64,000 nucleotides of DNA, from contig JASANG010000611.1 in the NCBI GenBank assembly GCA_030248215.1, positions 186,001-250,000 of the forward strand, given 5' to 3'. The notes under the pieces are model-generated. The model was not told where the DNA came from and ran no database searches. It saw only the letters and a program-made list of their open reading frames with translations. This stretch comes from Enoplolaimus lenunculus. Its lineage: Eukaryota. The number at the start of each line of letters is the position of its first letter. The stretch's first letter is position 1. Shown piece after piece: positions 11,201 to 25,191 of the stretch. The position numbers and the translations under genes were made by a program.

Positions 11201-14200
11201 ATGGAGATTATTGCACTTGTTATACTTGAGCTTTTATCGCTTTTTACAGCAAATTAGCATCGAAGTAGTATCTGACGGCAGTAATCAGTTTTCACAAAAC
11301 TTACACATGTGAATGGATCTCCAGCTTGATGGAGATTATTGCACTTGTTATACTTGAGCTTTTATCGCTTTTTACAGCAAATTAGCATCGAAGTAGTATC
11401 TGACGGCAGTAATCAGTTGGATTTTATGCGACAATTAATTGAAAATCATGTTGTGCCTGACTGGATAACGACCAGCGACATGACAGACGAAGAGTCGGTT
11501 CCGAGCAAAAATGGCATTTCTTCGCTGCGATTTAACAAATTTCTTGGATTTAAACCGGTAAATTTGAAACGGTTTTGCACGTCCATATTACAAAATAGCA
11601 ATTAATATTGCAGTTATAATTGCATCAACTTATCATAAGGATTTCAGAGTATATAACATGATTGCCGAATTCGGCAATAAAAGTGGAATGCTATTGTCGG
11701 GCAGAGCACAAAATTCGAGACTATGGTGTACCCGCAAGTGAAAATTTGTTTGCGTCGCAAACTGGATCAGTAAAACCGAGTTATAGTGTCCAATTTTTTA
11801 AATCCTACAAACACCCAGAATTCCGAAACGCTTAATACTTGAGACAGCTACTGCGCTTAAAACGTCAAAAATATTGCTTTTCCTATCAACGCTATCTAAA
11901 ATATTGTCTCTACAAATCACTGCTAACTGCAGTAACGTTTCTGCAAAATTGAAGAACTTTATCGCATTATTTTTTAAGGTTTAGACTAGTGATGCGCCGA
12001 TACCAAAATTTTTGCCGATGCCCATACCCATTCTGATTATGATTTTCAAATTTAGCCGATGGCGCACCAATGCCGCAGTGGATGCCAGTTCCAATTTTAA
12101 TACGTAATACTTCAATAACTGGCGAAGATTTAGCGTCTTTTACGATATAATTCGCAGCCCGCGTTTGCCCAAAAATGGTTGATTTTGAAAATGTTTAGAT
12201 ATTTGAGCTCTTAATGACCACCCCTGATGATTTCACGCCTAAGTTTGAATTTTTGCAAAACTTGATTTTTTAAGGTCCCAAGGTACCCTCTTGAGACCCA
12301 AAAATTTGTCAAAAAGTTTAACTAATTATATCGAACTTTTTAAAAGTTTAAAATTAGGCGTGGCATGATAAAAGGTCATGAGAAGCTCAAATATGCAAAA
12401 ATCTTTCAAATCCAACGATTTTTGGGTTAACGCGGGCAGGCGGGGGAATAACGGAAATAACCCAAGATTTAAACCCTAACGACCATAAACGATAATAATT
12501 TTATGAAAACGGTTCATTTCATTAATTTTTTCAAACACAAACGTAAGAGAGATAGATGTTTCTTTAATTAGACGCCTTAATATACCACAACAAATGAAAC
12601 TGATAGCATTTAAACTCACAGTTACGTGCAAAAAGTATCGTTATGGAATCGGCAATTTTTTGCACTTACGATGCAACGATGCCGATGCCGATAGTTACGA
12701 AAAGTGAACCGAATCGGGTTTCCAGTGCTAAACTTTACGACTTTTTCTTTGAATTCTACTATCTTTGACTGTTCGCAGAAGTCTTGTTTTGTGAGAACCA
12801 TTGGTTTTTCTACGAAAGCATTTTGTGCGTACCATTGTCTAAAGTTAGGCTCAAAATTTTAAATGTACTGGAATTACAGGTACGACGACGATGCCTGAAA
12901 AAGCGCCGCGAATATACCGATAGTTCACGGTTTAAGGCAACAAAATAATGCCATTAAAGAAGTTTGTAAAATAAACAAGAAAACTGTCAACAAATGCAAA
13001 GCAAAGATTTCGCTTGTTATTTAATAACAAAACATATAGAAAGTTTTTAACGTGTATATTGGCAAATTAAAACCTTACTCTCTCATCAGATTGAAATTGC
13101 TTTTTAAGTCTTGGTATGCCCCGTTTTGTTAAGTTAGCTACTGTTACCAGAACTGTCACTAAAACAGTATAGACTTACCTGCTATATTTCTTGCGCTTGA
13201 AATTGACGAAATAAAGAGCAATAGCTACACGAAAAAAAACCAGGACAAATGTAACAAGCACAATTTACTCACAAATCAACTGTGTTTGATATACCGTAAT
13301 TGTGGACTGCTATAAATATGAAAACAAGTAAGAGCCACGGAATAGCCAAGTTACGACCATAAACATAAAAATTTGGCTTACAGTGAAAGCGTTCAAGTTG
13401 TGGCATGTAAGTCATGTAAATTCCTGGCATGTTCCTTCTAAAATTTTCCTCAACAGCATCTTCATCTGGCGCCAGTCCTGTCCGCGTTTCAGTTACTTTG
13501 TTAAGTAATAATACTTCACGATTGCTATTTTAGCTTTTGACGGTCAACTGTGCTCAGCTGACAAAAACGAATATCAAAGCTCAAAATGGAGTCATCCACG
13601 TCATTGACAAACTGCTGCAACCTGTCAAGAAAAATCTGGCTCAAATATTATTCACGGACCCGTCAATTTCAGAGTTTGCTAATTGTAAGCGGTTTGAGCG
13701 AACGTTGGATTTGTTGTAGATCTTTTTACATTTAATGATTGCATCCTTAGGTATTTACGGTTAATTATGTCCGTGTATTATTATGCAGCAGCGCAGCCGA
13801 CGTAGTAACACGGTGCCACACGCTGACGTTCTATATGTATACCACTGAAAACAGCTCGAAATCAAAGCGAGCAAAATGCAAAACGCAATTTTAGCGTTAA
13901 ATCCATATTTTTTACAGAGTTCAGCGTTAAACATCGGGAGGATTTATTCCACTGTTGCGCACTTCTGCTGCTAAGCGTAAAATCAAATGCACGAAAATTT
14001 AAATCTGTATCCATTTTTAGTGATTTCAACCGAAACACGTCGGAAACTTGAAGATCCAAGCTCTCATTATACAATATTACCGTTCACGAATGACGCGTTT
14101 GATAAATTGAGCGAAGAACTACAACAAAAGATTCGAAGCAACGCTACTTGTTTGCAAGGTAACGAAATGCAATGACTATAACACCTGCTATAAGGTTAAA

Positions 14201-17200
14201 TTAGTCAAAGTTGTTGCAAGAATTGCGACGTCACGATGTTGAAGCATATGATGCCTAAAATACGTGTTTTGAACATTTCAGCTTTAATAATATAGATTTA
14301 TAGCAGTGGGCTGGGCAGCTAACTGATTGGTTTGGGTAGTTGCAAATGACACAACCCATCATTTTTGTGTTTAAGCTAGAAACGTTGGCAAATCATAAAT
14401 TTTAGCGGACAGCGCGGTTCGTAACGGCGGAGCGGTTCCGATTTGACCGCGCCATGAGGCAGACCGTCAATTATGGGGTAAAAAGGGGCAAAATTCAGGA
14501 AGTGGATTTTTCTCGGTTTTGAAATTTGCATCAATGGCCAGTAACATAGTTAAGCTGGTGAAAGATTCTTTTCTACTGATTAATACGACTCTATTTTAGG
14601 TCTCGTTGAAGAACACATCATACCGCATACAATTTGCAGTGCTGCGGTCCAAGGCGAAGCAGTTGCGCGTAATATCGCCGGTCGATATTTGAATTTAACT
14701 CGCGATCCAGTCGATGACGCGATTATTGTTGAAGACGATGGCGAAGTCACTACCACTGATCGTATGGCGACAAATGGAGTTATTCACACTGTGAATAAAG
14801 TGTTTCTGACCGAACAAAGTATGATGCTGGTATAGTAGGTCCTCAACAACGTGTGGCGACCGAGCGAACTTCCCGTACGGACATATTCGTTCACCAGCTG
14901 AAACTTTTTGACATCATTAAAGCAATTTATGTTGAGGAATTTTTTACCCACACTATAGTCTTTACTGCCCTTTCCGTTAGCAATTTTTGACTGCTAAGTT
15001 GTTGGAGATGCACTGGCGGATTCAGAGGTGGCAGGGAAGGATGTACGCCCCCCATCAAGGTCCTTACCTTAATATAAACTTTTATTTTTGGACTGTTCCC
15101 ACGAATTTATTCAGCTCGCTCTGTAGCTGTTGGTGTTTACTACGCTTAAACATTTGCATGCGGCACGATTTTCATAATAGCAATAATGATAATAATGCCT
15201 CTACTGCAGCGGCAAGAAGTGTTAACGCCAATCAGTGCGCAAATACACGGAGCTTATTTGTTAAATTTAACAAAATGTATTTCATTAAATCTGTTGCCTC
15301 TGACCTGCGTTTTCTAAAATTTTAGGTCAGAGGTTGCTTTCTATTGTGAGTGCCTACAAACATAGATTTTGACATTTTAAATACATCAATACTTACCTAT
15401 CAGGAATGGGAGTGTCAATGAAGAAGTTGACACCGAGACTGAGACAGCCTCAAATTCTTTGAGCTTGAGACTTGAGATTTTTTGAGAGTCTCAGAAATTT
15501 TGACACAATACCAAAATATTTAAAAAAATCCTAAATCATGAATGTTGCAGGTCTTATTCCGCTCAGAAAACATTAATAATATGATATAAAAACAACGTAA
15601 ATACGGTAAACGTATTCACTCAATTTCGCAAGTCGCTGTACAACCATGTAGCTGTACTCAAACATGTTCGCTGTCAATACTTGTTGGAGAAATGCGTAAA
15701 TGGATTTTGCATACTCAAAATTGCCCTACATCGTTACTAATACTCAACCCCCTTATTGATAAATTAAGATCTAGCTTGCTCTCAAAATACGCAACTATTA
15801 AATTTACTTCGGTCAAACACGTATAACAATGCTATAAAATAGCATATACCTAATTTTCTTATAAAAATAATAAATAGTATTAAAACAGTTTGCCACAACT
15901 GGCACTCCTGGCTGACACCAGCACCGGAGTCTCAGTTTCTAAACCTGAGGCTTTTCAAAAGCTGAGACTGAGACTGACAATGGCACTGAGACTGAGACTA
16001 CGCGAGTCTCAAGAATTTTCGAGACATGAGACTGAGACTCCCATCCCTGGTATTTACATAAATGTTGCAAAAGATTGCTCGCAAAATAATTTGGTAACAG
16101 TATTTTAACAAGAATATTGCATTTGTTGCAGTGCTTAACACTTTTGATGCAATTGCCATCAACAACAAACAATTCGTTGAATTAGCTGAATCTAGCGGTG
16201 CTGAAGAATTAATGAATGAAATTCCTGAAATTACAGCGTTTTTACCGCCTGATGAGTCTTTAAAGGTACAAATAAAACCTTGTACAGGGCCGTGCTTAAG
16301 TTCCAACAAACTCCTGGTTGGAGGGAACCCTGCTGAAAAGGTTCCAGTGGTAAAAAGCAATATATATAGAAATATTGAAAATAATACTTCATAGAAATCT
16401 AAATTTTTTTACCATATTCCAACTTACATCTCCGTACCCTGTCCATCTGCATATAGCCGGTAACTCAACAGGTAACCATGATTACTGCAACACAGAACCA
16501 CGCAACACAGCTTTGTACCCATGTAAAAATCAGGGGCGGGACGTTTTTCTGCAGGACTGCCATAGAGAAAGCTTATCCTTTAGATATATTTTTGCTCAGG
16601 CTTGGGCTTAGGTATAAGCTCATTCTTACGCATAGGCTTAGGCTTACGATTATACTTATACTACTGTTACGGCCCTGTTTCTGTACATTGGCCGCTCTAC
16701 TCGTGAACTTTTTTCAGTTGGTATTCATGCCGTAGATGCATGAACTCGGTCAACGTCAGTCCATATTGCACAAAACCAACCTACTTTTAATCTAATGGGG
16801 CCTATACTTTCTATACGGTTAACCATGCCATCTTAGACACGGTCCTGTTTCGCCATGCACGTTCACTTCAAATTTGCATAATTTTGCTTTAAGGTTAAAA
16901 TGATTCACTTCAATTGCTACGTGGAAATATGCGCAACTCTTAAGAATTTTTCAATACTTGATTCGCTGCAAGCTTTAAGCATGTGTGCATATGTATTGAC
17001 AATTACCAATTAACACAGAGTTCACCATAATATATCAATTATTAGGCCCATTTCTTGAGAGGGCCTAGCCCTGTTGAAATAATCTGCCCACCCCCACAGA
17101 CAACTTTTGTCGCGCTTATAAGCCTTGAGAAACGAACTGCACTTTTGGGCTTCCACTAGCATGTTGAGCTGGCTTCGGGCCTAGACACGTTGGAAGACCT

Positions 17201-20160
17201 TTATTATAAATTCCATATTTGACTATGACCCGCAGTCATTCGCTTCAAACCCATAATTGTATGCAAAGGTCTTCCACGGTAGCATTACGCATTTTAGGAA
17301 CTCAGCGAAAGTTTGTCGGAATCCGAGTTGCAATCAGTTTTATTAAATCATGTCGTTGAAGCAAAGCATCAACTTGGACTTGAACACCCGTCTCAAGAAC
17401 TGACGACTTTGGCCGATAGAACACTAGACGTATCCAATCGGCCATCGCTCACATTTTCGTTGCGCAACATCGATACAAATTTTCGTTCAAATATACAATG
17501 TGCGACAGTTCTGCGTGCTAATGTGAAAACGTGCAACGGTGTTATTCACTATATTGATAAGGTACAAACGCACTGAAAAGAGCAGGAACTTAGGGCGATG
17601 CTATGGGTTTGAACAATTTAGTGTTATTCAGTGCCCTCCGTTGCCGTCCGTCGTCATCCGTCACCGTCCGTCGTCATCCGTCACCGTCAGTCGACTTCGT
17701 GTACGGTACCATACGGCGACGAACGGCAACGAACAGTGACCCAAAACGGTCAACGTAGACCATTGCATGCCCACAAATTCTCTCGTACGACGCTATATAT
17801 ACATATATTCAAAAAACATTGATCTTCAGATCCGCATAATCAGAAAAGTCCTAGATCGGTCGCTGATTATCTCAATGAAAACTAAGGGGGGTTGCTATAT
17901 ATTTCGACTATTTTAATGTCGTCCGGCGCCGTCCAGCGTCGTCCAACACTGTACAGGGGCCGGACGGCGTTGCCTGCTTTCTGGCAATGTTTGATTCAAG
18001 ATTTGTAAGCGCTGATCTGCGCGATTAAAAGTTGTGCTAATTTATGGGTGAACCCGTGTGTTATTTTAAAAATATGCCTAATTTTACTTATTTACGCTTG
18101 GACAGTTTGCACCACATTAAAGTAAGTATAGCATAATTGGTATTTATCTCTAATTTCTCGTGGTTTCTTAATATTCGCTGAAAAATGTATTTGTTTATTT
18201 TGGCCAAGATCCATAACAGTAGTATATACATATTCCTATGCCTAAACTTGACAGACCAAAAATGTATCTAAAGCTTTAGATTACTCTATGGCAGTCCAGC
18301 AGAAAAACACTCCGACCCTGATTTTTACTTGTGCCGTTTATTTTTAAGCCGCTCTTAGTTCCAAAGAAAACTGTGCTTCAAATTCTTGAAACCAACCCTG
18401 AGTATTCACAGTTTCTGATGATGGTTCAAGCGGCATTAATGACTGAAGCGTTTAGTTCGGATGATTTTGACGGCTCTCTATTGGTACCAACTAACGAGGT
18501 AATTGTATATATGTTCAATGCACAAGGGCTTAATAGCCAGTGATGAGGCAAATCAAAACCATTTTTGTGTTAATTGTCCAGGAGTTTAGAAAGTTTTTCA
18601 GTTACTTGCACAAGAATCATTGCTTCGAAATGTTTATAGAACGTAACTCCACATTTCAAAAATTCTGTATGCGTGTACCTGCAATTACTTGTAACCAAAG
18701 CTGCCGGCAATTTTTAGTCATCGAAAAAATCACTGAACAAATTTGATCTGGACTCTTGTTCAGAAATGGTTATGACGACGCGTATTGCTGTTTAGTTGTA
18801 GCTATTTATGCGGGCGAAGTGGGTGCCTGCGGTTCTGAAGTCTGGCGCCGTGGGCAGATAGTGTAGGGTATTGTGCACTTTTTAATTTCAAAGTTGAGAA
18901 TTCATAGGTTTGAAACTTACATAACCAATTGGTATTCACCTTCGTTTGGTGTACACAGTTTATAGTACCGGCTTCAGAATTTTCTTAATTATATACAGGA
19001 ACCTGTTTAATGGGAGACAGCGAGACTGGTGACTGTCAGACTGGGAGAGTTACAGACTGGGAGGCTTGGCTTATACGCAACCGTAGACTTAACACTTGCA
19101 ATTGGTTTATTCATAGTGGACGAACGATTAAAATTAACGTGGGCCAAACCAGAATTAAGATTAATGAGTGAATAAATTCGATCACCAAGTTCATTGTAAA
19201 TTTTACTCAATGCGTAACATTTTAGGCATTGGAAGAAGCATACGGCACAGACGGCATAGACAGACTTCTTGATGATGATGATAAACTGAAGGCGTTCATT
19301 AAAACGCACATTGTAAAAGGTAAAATTTTCGATTTTAACTTAATCTGTTTTTGTATTTGTTACTTACACAAAGCCAGTTTTAGTGCGGAATACATGAACA
19401 AAGCGCCAAGGAGATGCATTTTTTCGAATATCTTTTCTTCCATGGCTGAAAATTTTTCGATAGCGTTAATGGAACAATTCTATGTAAGGAAAAAGTTTTC
19501 ATACGTCTATAGAAATGTTCTCGCTCTTTACGCTGTGGACATCTTCGCTCACCAGTGGTCAAGACTATTTTTGACAGCATTAAAACAGTTCTATGTTAGG
19601 AAAACATTTCCTAGCCCATCTAGAAATGTTCTTGCTCTCTGACCCTGCTGATATCTTCTGCAGCCAGTGGCTAAAATTATTTTAGAAATTTTCCATTGCA
19701 ATTGGGTTGTTTTGCGAAAATATCTAGTCGAAATCACGTTCTCTTAACGAATAACTCACAAGGCATATGGTTTTTGTAAATTGAAATATTTTTAATTTCA
19801 ACGCAACTTCTAACACTTTGTCGAGAATAAAAAACTGTTTCAGGACGCACTTGTTGCAACAGTTTCGGCTCCACTGGATTCGGATTCGCTCAAGCCACAG
19901 GAAGCTTGCAGACTGCGACAGGCGTTCGACTGGCAACAGTCAACATTGGTCATCGTAAAGCAGTCAACGGCGCTCCAGTGACCAAATGTGACCAGTTGGC
20001 AACAAACGGCATCGTTCACGAGCTTTCGCAGCCGATTCGAGTGACACGCAATCCGTTTTCGTCGTGGTTTAATAATCGCGGGCGAAATAACAACAACTTT
20101 TGGGAAACCACGTTTCCAGATCGCAGTGAATCTGAAGAAGATGCGTTGTTCTTTTTTTAA
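8278..20160 (+). CDS. Periostin/TGFBI-like fasciclin (Cys-rich EMI-like N-terminus plus about four FAS1 domains), multi-exon; 5' exon uncertain
   Basis: Phase-compatible GT-AG exons: 8278-8458, 8843-9013, 9387-9481, 10298-10455, 11378-11557, 13534-13684, 14021-14158, 14600-14818, 16132-16265, 17298-17561, 18349-18498, 19226-19319, 19844-20160. Motifs GPNVC, ECCHGY...GCP, YTLFIPSNEA, NGVIHVIDKLL, YTILPFTNDAF, ATNGVIHTVNKV, TAFLPPDE, NGVIHYIDK, LLVPTNEA, ATNGIVHEL. Confidence 0.9.
10620..10975. mobile_element. MITE family with TACTGTA(G/T)TGACCCGAATAAGAGG inverted termini
   Basis: tactgtattgacccgaataagagg ... cctcttattcgagtcactacagta. Related copies at ~28335-28785, ~30372-30725, ~36345 (partial) and ~38766-39088. 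Confidence 0.7.
11161..11416 (+). repeat. Apparently perfect 128-bp tandem duplication spanning a fasciclin splice acceptor
   Basis: 11161-11288 is repeated at 11289-11416. Both copies contain TTTTTACAG|CAAATTAGCATCGAAG. Confidence 0.9.
15401..16049. mobile_element. hAT-like non-autonomous element with GAGACT subterminal repeats
   Basis: caggaatgggagtgtc ... gagactcccatccctg inverted ends and clustered gagact hexamers near both ends. No clear TSD. Confidence 0.5.
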
Positions 20161-20677
20161 CTCAATTTTTATATCTTTACAAAATTCGTCAACAATGTCG
20201 TTGTTGAAACCAGTATCCACTCTTGACTTTACACTGTCTGGGGGTGTAGCGAACGACAATTTCTATTTCGAGAAAGTTCAATTTCCTGTAAATGATTTTG
20301 CGAGTGAGTGTACCGAAAGAGACAATTTTTTAATTCTACAATTTTGAAAGTTATATATTGTTAGAACTTATTAGTGTTTTTTCGCGTCTCTTCATAGAAG
20401 TTCCAGAGAACGCACGTCTCAGATTAGTTGCATTACAAATTGTTTTTTGGCAATTTTGTACACAGTATAATGTTTATGATTTTTGGTAAAGTATATGGGT
20501 TAGCCAGGTCAACTTTTGCATTTTCTGATGTAATAATTAATTTAAAAGATTCGACCGCTTCAAGTCTGTGGAAATCGCTGGATTGTTTATTATAATTTTA
20601 GAAATGCTGTTGATATTGTCGTTTTACTATGTTTAATTTTATATGCAGAGTGTTTGGTATTTGATGCCCACAACACT

Positions 20678-20894
20678 TACACTGTAAAAAATGGGGAGTC
20701 AAATTGACTTTTTCGGAAATAGGTTCCTGACTACACAAACTGAGTCAACTTTGACTCCGCCAGAGTCAAATTGGACTCACTTAGCGATTCAGTGAATCGA
20801 ATTTGACTCTGGCGGAGTCAAATTTGACTCAGTTTGTGTAGTCAGGGAAAGCCTATTTCCGACAGAGTCAATTTGACTCCCCAATTTTTACAGT
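20678..20894. mobile_element. Near-fully palindromic MITE with CACTGTAAA termini and GAGTCAA/TTGACTC motifs
   Basis: tacactgtaaaaaatggggagtcaaattgact mirrors agtcaatttgactccccaatttttacagt. A second copy is at 21234-21445; a related family is at ~28004-28193 and ~45690-45879. Confidence 0.75.
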
Positions 20895-23468
20895 CATAGG
20901 ATAAATACGAAACGAACGTGTGATCGGATTAATTTTAGCTTTAGTGTTCGTTGCCGCTGCGTTTTATATCCTCATAGTACGAAAGCAGTGACAGATACTC
21001 ATCACTAAATTTAGTACGTATATAATTAAAACTTTATTTGTAGTTGTGTGGTTTCGTAGTTAGCCTATTTGTATTAAACATTGGCCCAAGTTTTTAATGA
21101 CATTTTCAATTTTAGTATACATTGTTCTATTGGTATTGTGTAAATTGGTAATTTGTCATTTTTGCTTATTAAAATGATTGACGAATTCGTGCTTGCTAAG
21201 TATAACAGAACAGAGTAAGCGTGCAAAAGTATATACACCGTAAAAAATGTTGAGTCAAATTGACTATCTCCGAAATAGACTCTACGGACTACATAAGCTG
21301 AGTCAAATTCGACTTTATCAGAGTGAAATTCGGCTCACTGACTTGCACGTATGACTCTGGCGGAGTCGAATTTGACTCAGTTTGCGTAATCTCGTAGAGC
21401 CTATTTCGAAGAAAGTCAGTTTGACTTACCATTTTTTGCAGTGTATATACAATGAAAGTAGGACACGTCTATATAATATACCCCATATATGTATGTAACA
21501 AATTGTAGCGTGACTGGAACATTTCGTTCTATATTTAGATTTCAACGAACGTAAAATACCTGGTTTTCTGACAAATCCATTATAAACGAGCAATAGAAAA
21601 TTACCAACCAAGAACACCGCAGTTAGATTGGTCGGTCAGTGTAAAGCACACAAACGTAACATTATTATAAACAAAATTCCCAAGCTTAAGCCTAAGTGTA
21701 GGGATAAAGTCTACAGCTAAATCTAAGCAAAAATTAGGCGAAAGCTTAAGCTTAATCTGTTGCAGTTTTGCGGAAAAACGCTCCGCCCCTAATTGTATCA
21801 GTGTGTAAATGAATAGAAAAAATAAGGAAATGGACAGTGATCGAATAACGCAAAGGAAGAACAGATATTGAAGTATCAAACGCAATTGAGGCGTGCATAT
21901 ATTCACCGGTGTTTAAAAATTTTCAAAGAAAAAATGACGGATGCATCGAAATTTGTTACATTTTGAATAACTTTCCGAATTCTGTCAAAAATTGTTTTAT
22001 GATTTGGTTTGCGTGGTGCGTGGCGTCCTAAGGCATTAAAATAATCAAACTGTTGCGCCACCGTAACTGTTTCTTTGGAAAAACATTCAGTTTGAGCAAA
22101 TCTTGCGCAGCTCAAATTTCAACGTTTCTCACAAGATTTAAAAAACCATAAAGTTTTGGCCAAACTCAATTATTAATAAAGTAAATAAGTGAACAGACAA
22201 AATTCATAACTTGTAGTTCAAACTGGAGTAGTAAATATATATGGTATCACAGCACGAAATCAAATTGAAAAAAACGTACTCATGGTTTGTTTAATATTAA
22301 TCAAGGTTAACAATTATATCTAAACAATAATATAACGTTAATAGGTGTATGATCAGGTTTAAATGGCTGTTTTATGCCAATTTTAAAGTATACTCTGCCT
22401 GATGCGTCACAATTTCAAAATTATTCGCAGCTCCGAAAACTGAATTATTTCCAAAACCTGGGAATATACAAGGCTAATAGATAAATATATCACCTTCATA
22501 GTATATATATTATGTGGGATTCACGTTATAATATGTTCAGCTTGGAACATACTTTGCCCCAAGTTAGTTCGACGTCAACACAAAAAACAGTAATATAAAC
22601 AGAGCTGGCATACAGACAGAAATGAAACGTCATATGACATTGGCTTGCAAACCACTGCTCTCAAGTAATCATTGAATACACGTAATTGTTGCAGCACGGA
22701 GCATACGAAAATATCAATATAACTCCAAACATTCTGTAAATGTAAGATAATATCAGTGGCGTAAGGAGAAATTTGGATGTGAACTTGAACCTTTTAACAC
22801 AGATGATGGGCAACAACGTGTTATACGCGCACTAAATAAAATGCTAAGAAAACAGAAAATATAGTAGTAAATGATTTCAAACACTAAATTTGCTCCTAAG
22901 TTTGCGTTACCGACAGAAATTTTCCTGAAAATAGAATTCTATGTGTAAATAATTCAGATTTCAAAGTTTAGCATCATATAATATTCCATTAATATTGATG
23001 AGACTTGTTTACCACAACTTTGCAGACATTTCGTAAAAACAAGTCATAAGACAATTGACAGACATGTCGAATATCATATGATATTGCCGTAGAAGTGGCG
23101 GCTATCACATTAGAACAGCTGACTACCCAAAATTTCCGAAATAGATAGCTTGATAACGCGGAGACAAGATGTTACCCGCTAATGTAATAGGGACAAAACG
23201 TGTTCCGAGTTGCCTCAGTTAATTATCAAAAATGTGGGCCCATATCCTCAGATGTGTGTAGCACCTATGATCAGTTGGTACTAAATTCGTGTAGCTTTAC
23301 AACCAGTGAATCAAGAGGTTCGCTTTCTTCTGCTACAGTGCCTATTTTGAGATCCGTATTAACAGGATTTCTTCTGTTTGACAACCTGTCGCATACTGGT
23401 GATAGGTGTTATACGCATTCAAGAATACGGGCCTTGTTTTCATAGCATCCAAATTTGGTCCAAATTTT

Positions 23469-25191
23469 CTAACGGTAACCTTCAATACAAGCGGGCGAAT
23501 AACATTCAACCGTTTGTCCTGTACGTTCCAACCGCCCGGTATTCTCGTCAATTCCAAAAACAACCAACGAATGCGAGTCTTGATTCGCAACGATCAAAAA
23601 CTTGCCCGACGGTGTAATCAAAAAATTTCTCGGCGTTTTCCCACCGGTCTCAGTGAAATGGATTGAATCAGGTTTCAGAAGGCCGTGCGATTGACGATCT
23701 ACCGTCAGCCCCGCAATATAATCTGTGAACCGAACCGAAGCGTACAAAAACCGGCCGTTCGGCGTTAAATGGATATCGGCGGCATTAGCAAATTCATGTT
23801 CTCTGCCTGGGCGTTTTAAATTAACAATTTGCAACAATTCTGCCGTTTCGCACTCTCCGTGATCACTGAGTCGGTAGACTAACACATTACAGCTTAGCTC
23901 CGTCACAACGTACATCGTTTGACCGTCAGCGCTGAAGGTTAAATGCCGTGGACCACTTCCTGGCGGTGTAGCAACAAACATAGCCCCTTTTGCTGGCGGA
24001 CCCAGCTTAGCCTCGGGTAAAATATTGTGTTTATATATGCGATCACCCCCTAAATCACAAACAAAAACCCCTTTGCCGTTCGGACTACGCATTACACAAT
24101 GTGCGTGTGGTTGTATTTGTCGTGTTTCGTTGATACAGCTAGCATAAACGGCCTGGATTTGTGCTTTTGGAGCCTCGCTTAACTCTCCACTGCTCGGATT
24201 AATAGTGAAACTGACCACATTTCCAGACGAATAATTCGCAGCAACAAGAATGTTATCATCGATTGTTCGTAAATGACAAGTTGCGCTCGCATTTTCACCA
24301 GCTTGGCGAATACCGTTTGGAATCAACTCATAATTCGGACCGATTCGAAATGCGGCGATTGAGCTGTTCAGGGATGTTTCTAGCGCAGCGTACAACCATT
24401 TCCGATTGGATGAAATCGTCAAGAAAGTTGGATTGACGCCTACGCTGATTGGTGGGTTGGAATGTGGTTTAATGATTCCTGGAAATTTATTATTTAAAGG
24501 AAAAAAAATTCAGTTGCTGTCTTTAATGAAATACGATTTAGTTACTGTCTTTAGTGGAAAAAATACAAGTACTGTTTTTAATGGGGAAATTTTCAGTTAC
24601 TACTGTCTAATAAAATATTTGTAGTTATTATCTTTAATAAAACAATTATTTTATTACTGTTTTTAATTATTATATGTTTTTGACGATAACTGCTGCACTC
24701 TTTAACCAAAATGTTAAAATCTTTTAAATGTATATGTTCGAGCGTTTTGCGACAGGGACGCCGAACGATTTTTTTTTGCATTAAATGTTTTCAATTCTAA
24801 CGTGGATATTTCGTTTTAGTGATTTTTCAGGGGTGACCACGGCATCCCTGTATTTTTCTAGGCGTCTCGACACTGTTTCCGTTGACATCCCTGTTCCCGG
24901 GTGCCTATTTTGTGGGGTATATACGAGCCGAAATGGTATGGTGTTGCGCTATATATTTTCGCTAGCCACATTACCTTGCTAGGGGGCTAAAAATATCAGA
25001 AGAGGCATTTCGGTGACCTACAATCAAGGTTGAAAATTTTCTACGGGGGCAAACGTGCTGAGAAGTTTTAATTAGCATGTATATACAAACATACCGGTAT
25101 TATCATCAAAATCGAATGTATAAATTCCTGCGCCTTTGCCGTCAGGTACGTGAGGTTCTTGTTGCGTGTAGGTACCAACATAAATAATCAT
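23469..25191 (-). CDS. 7-bladed beta-propeller lactonase (6-phosphogluconolactonase Pgl/YbhE, cycloisomerase family), 368 aa, two exons
   Basis: Exon 1 at 25191-25095 (MIIYVGTYTQQEPHVPDGKGAGIYTFDFDDNTG), intron 25094-24479 (GTATGT...TTCCAG), exon 2 at 24478-23469; total 1107 nt in frame. Family motifs NPTFL, AANYSSG, PHAHCV, DLGGDRI, GSGPRHL, TELS, AADIHLTPNGRFLYASVR, GKTPRNF, VANQDS. Confidence 0.9.

Noticed and set aside
23200..23666. Short plus-strand ORFs near the lactonase 3' end
   Set aside because: Antisense shadows with no independent support.
23469..25191. Bacterial contamination as the source of the lactonase
   Set aside because: The in-frame spliceosomal intron, the lack of operon neighbours and the surrounding host repeats argue for genuine integration.
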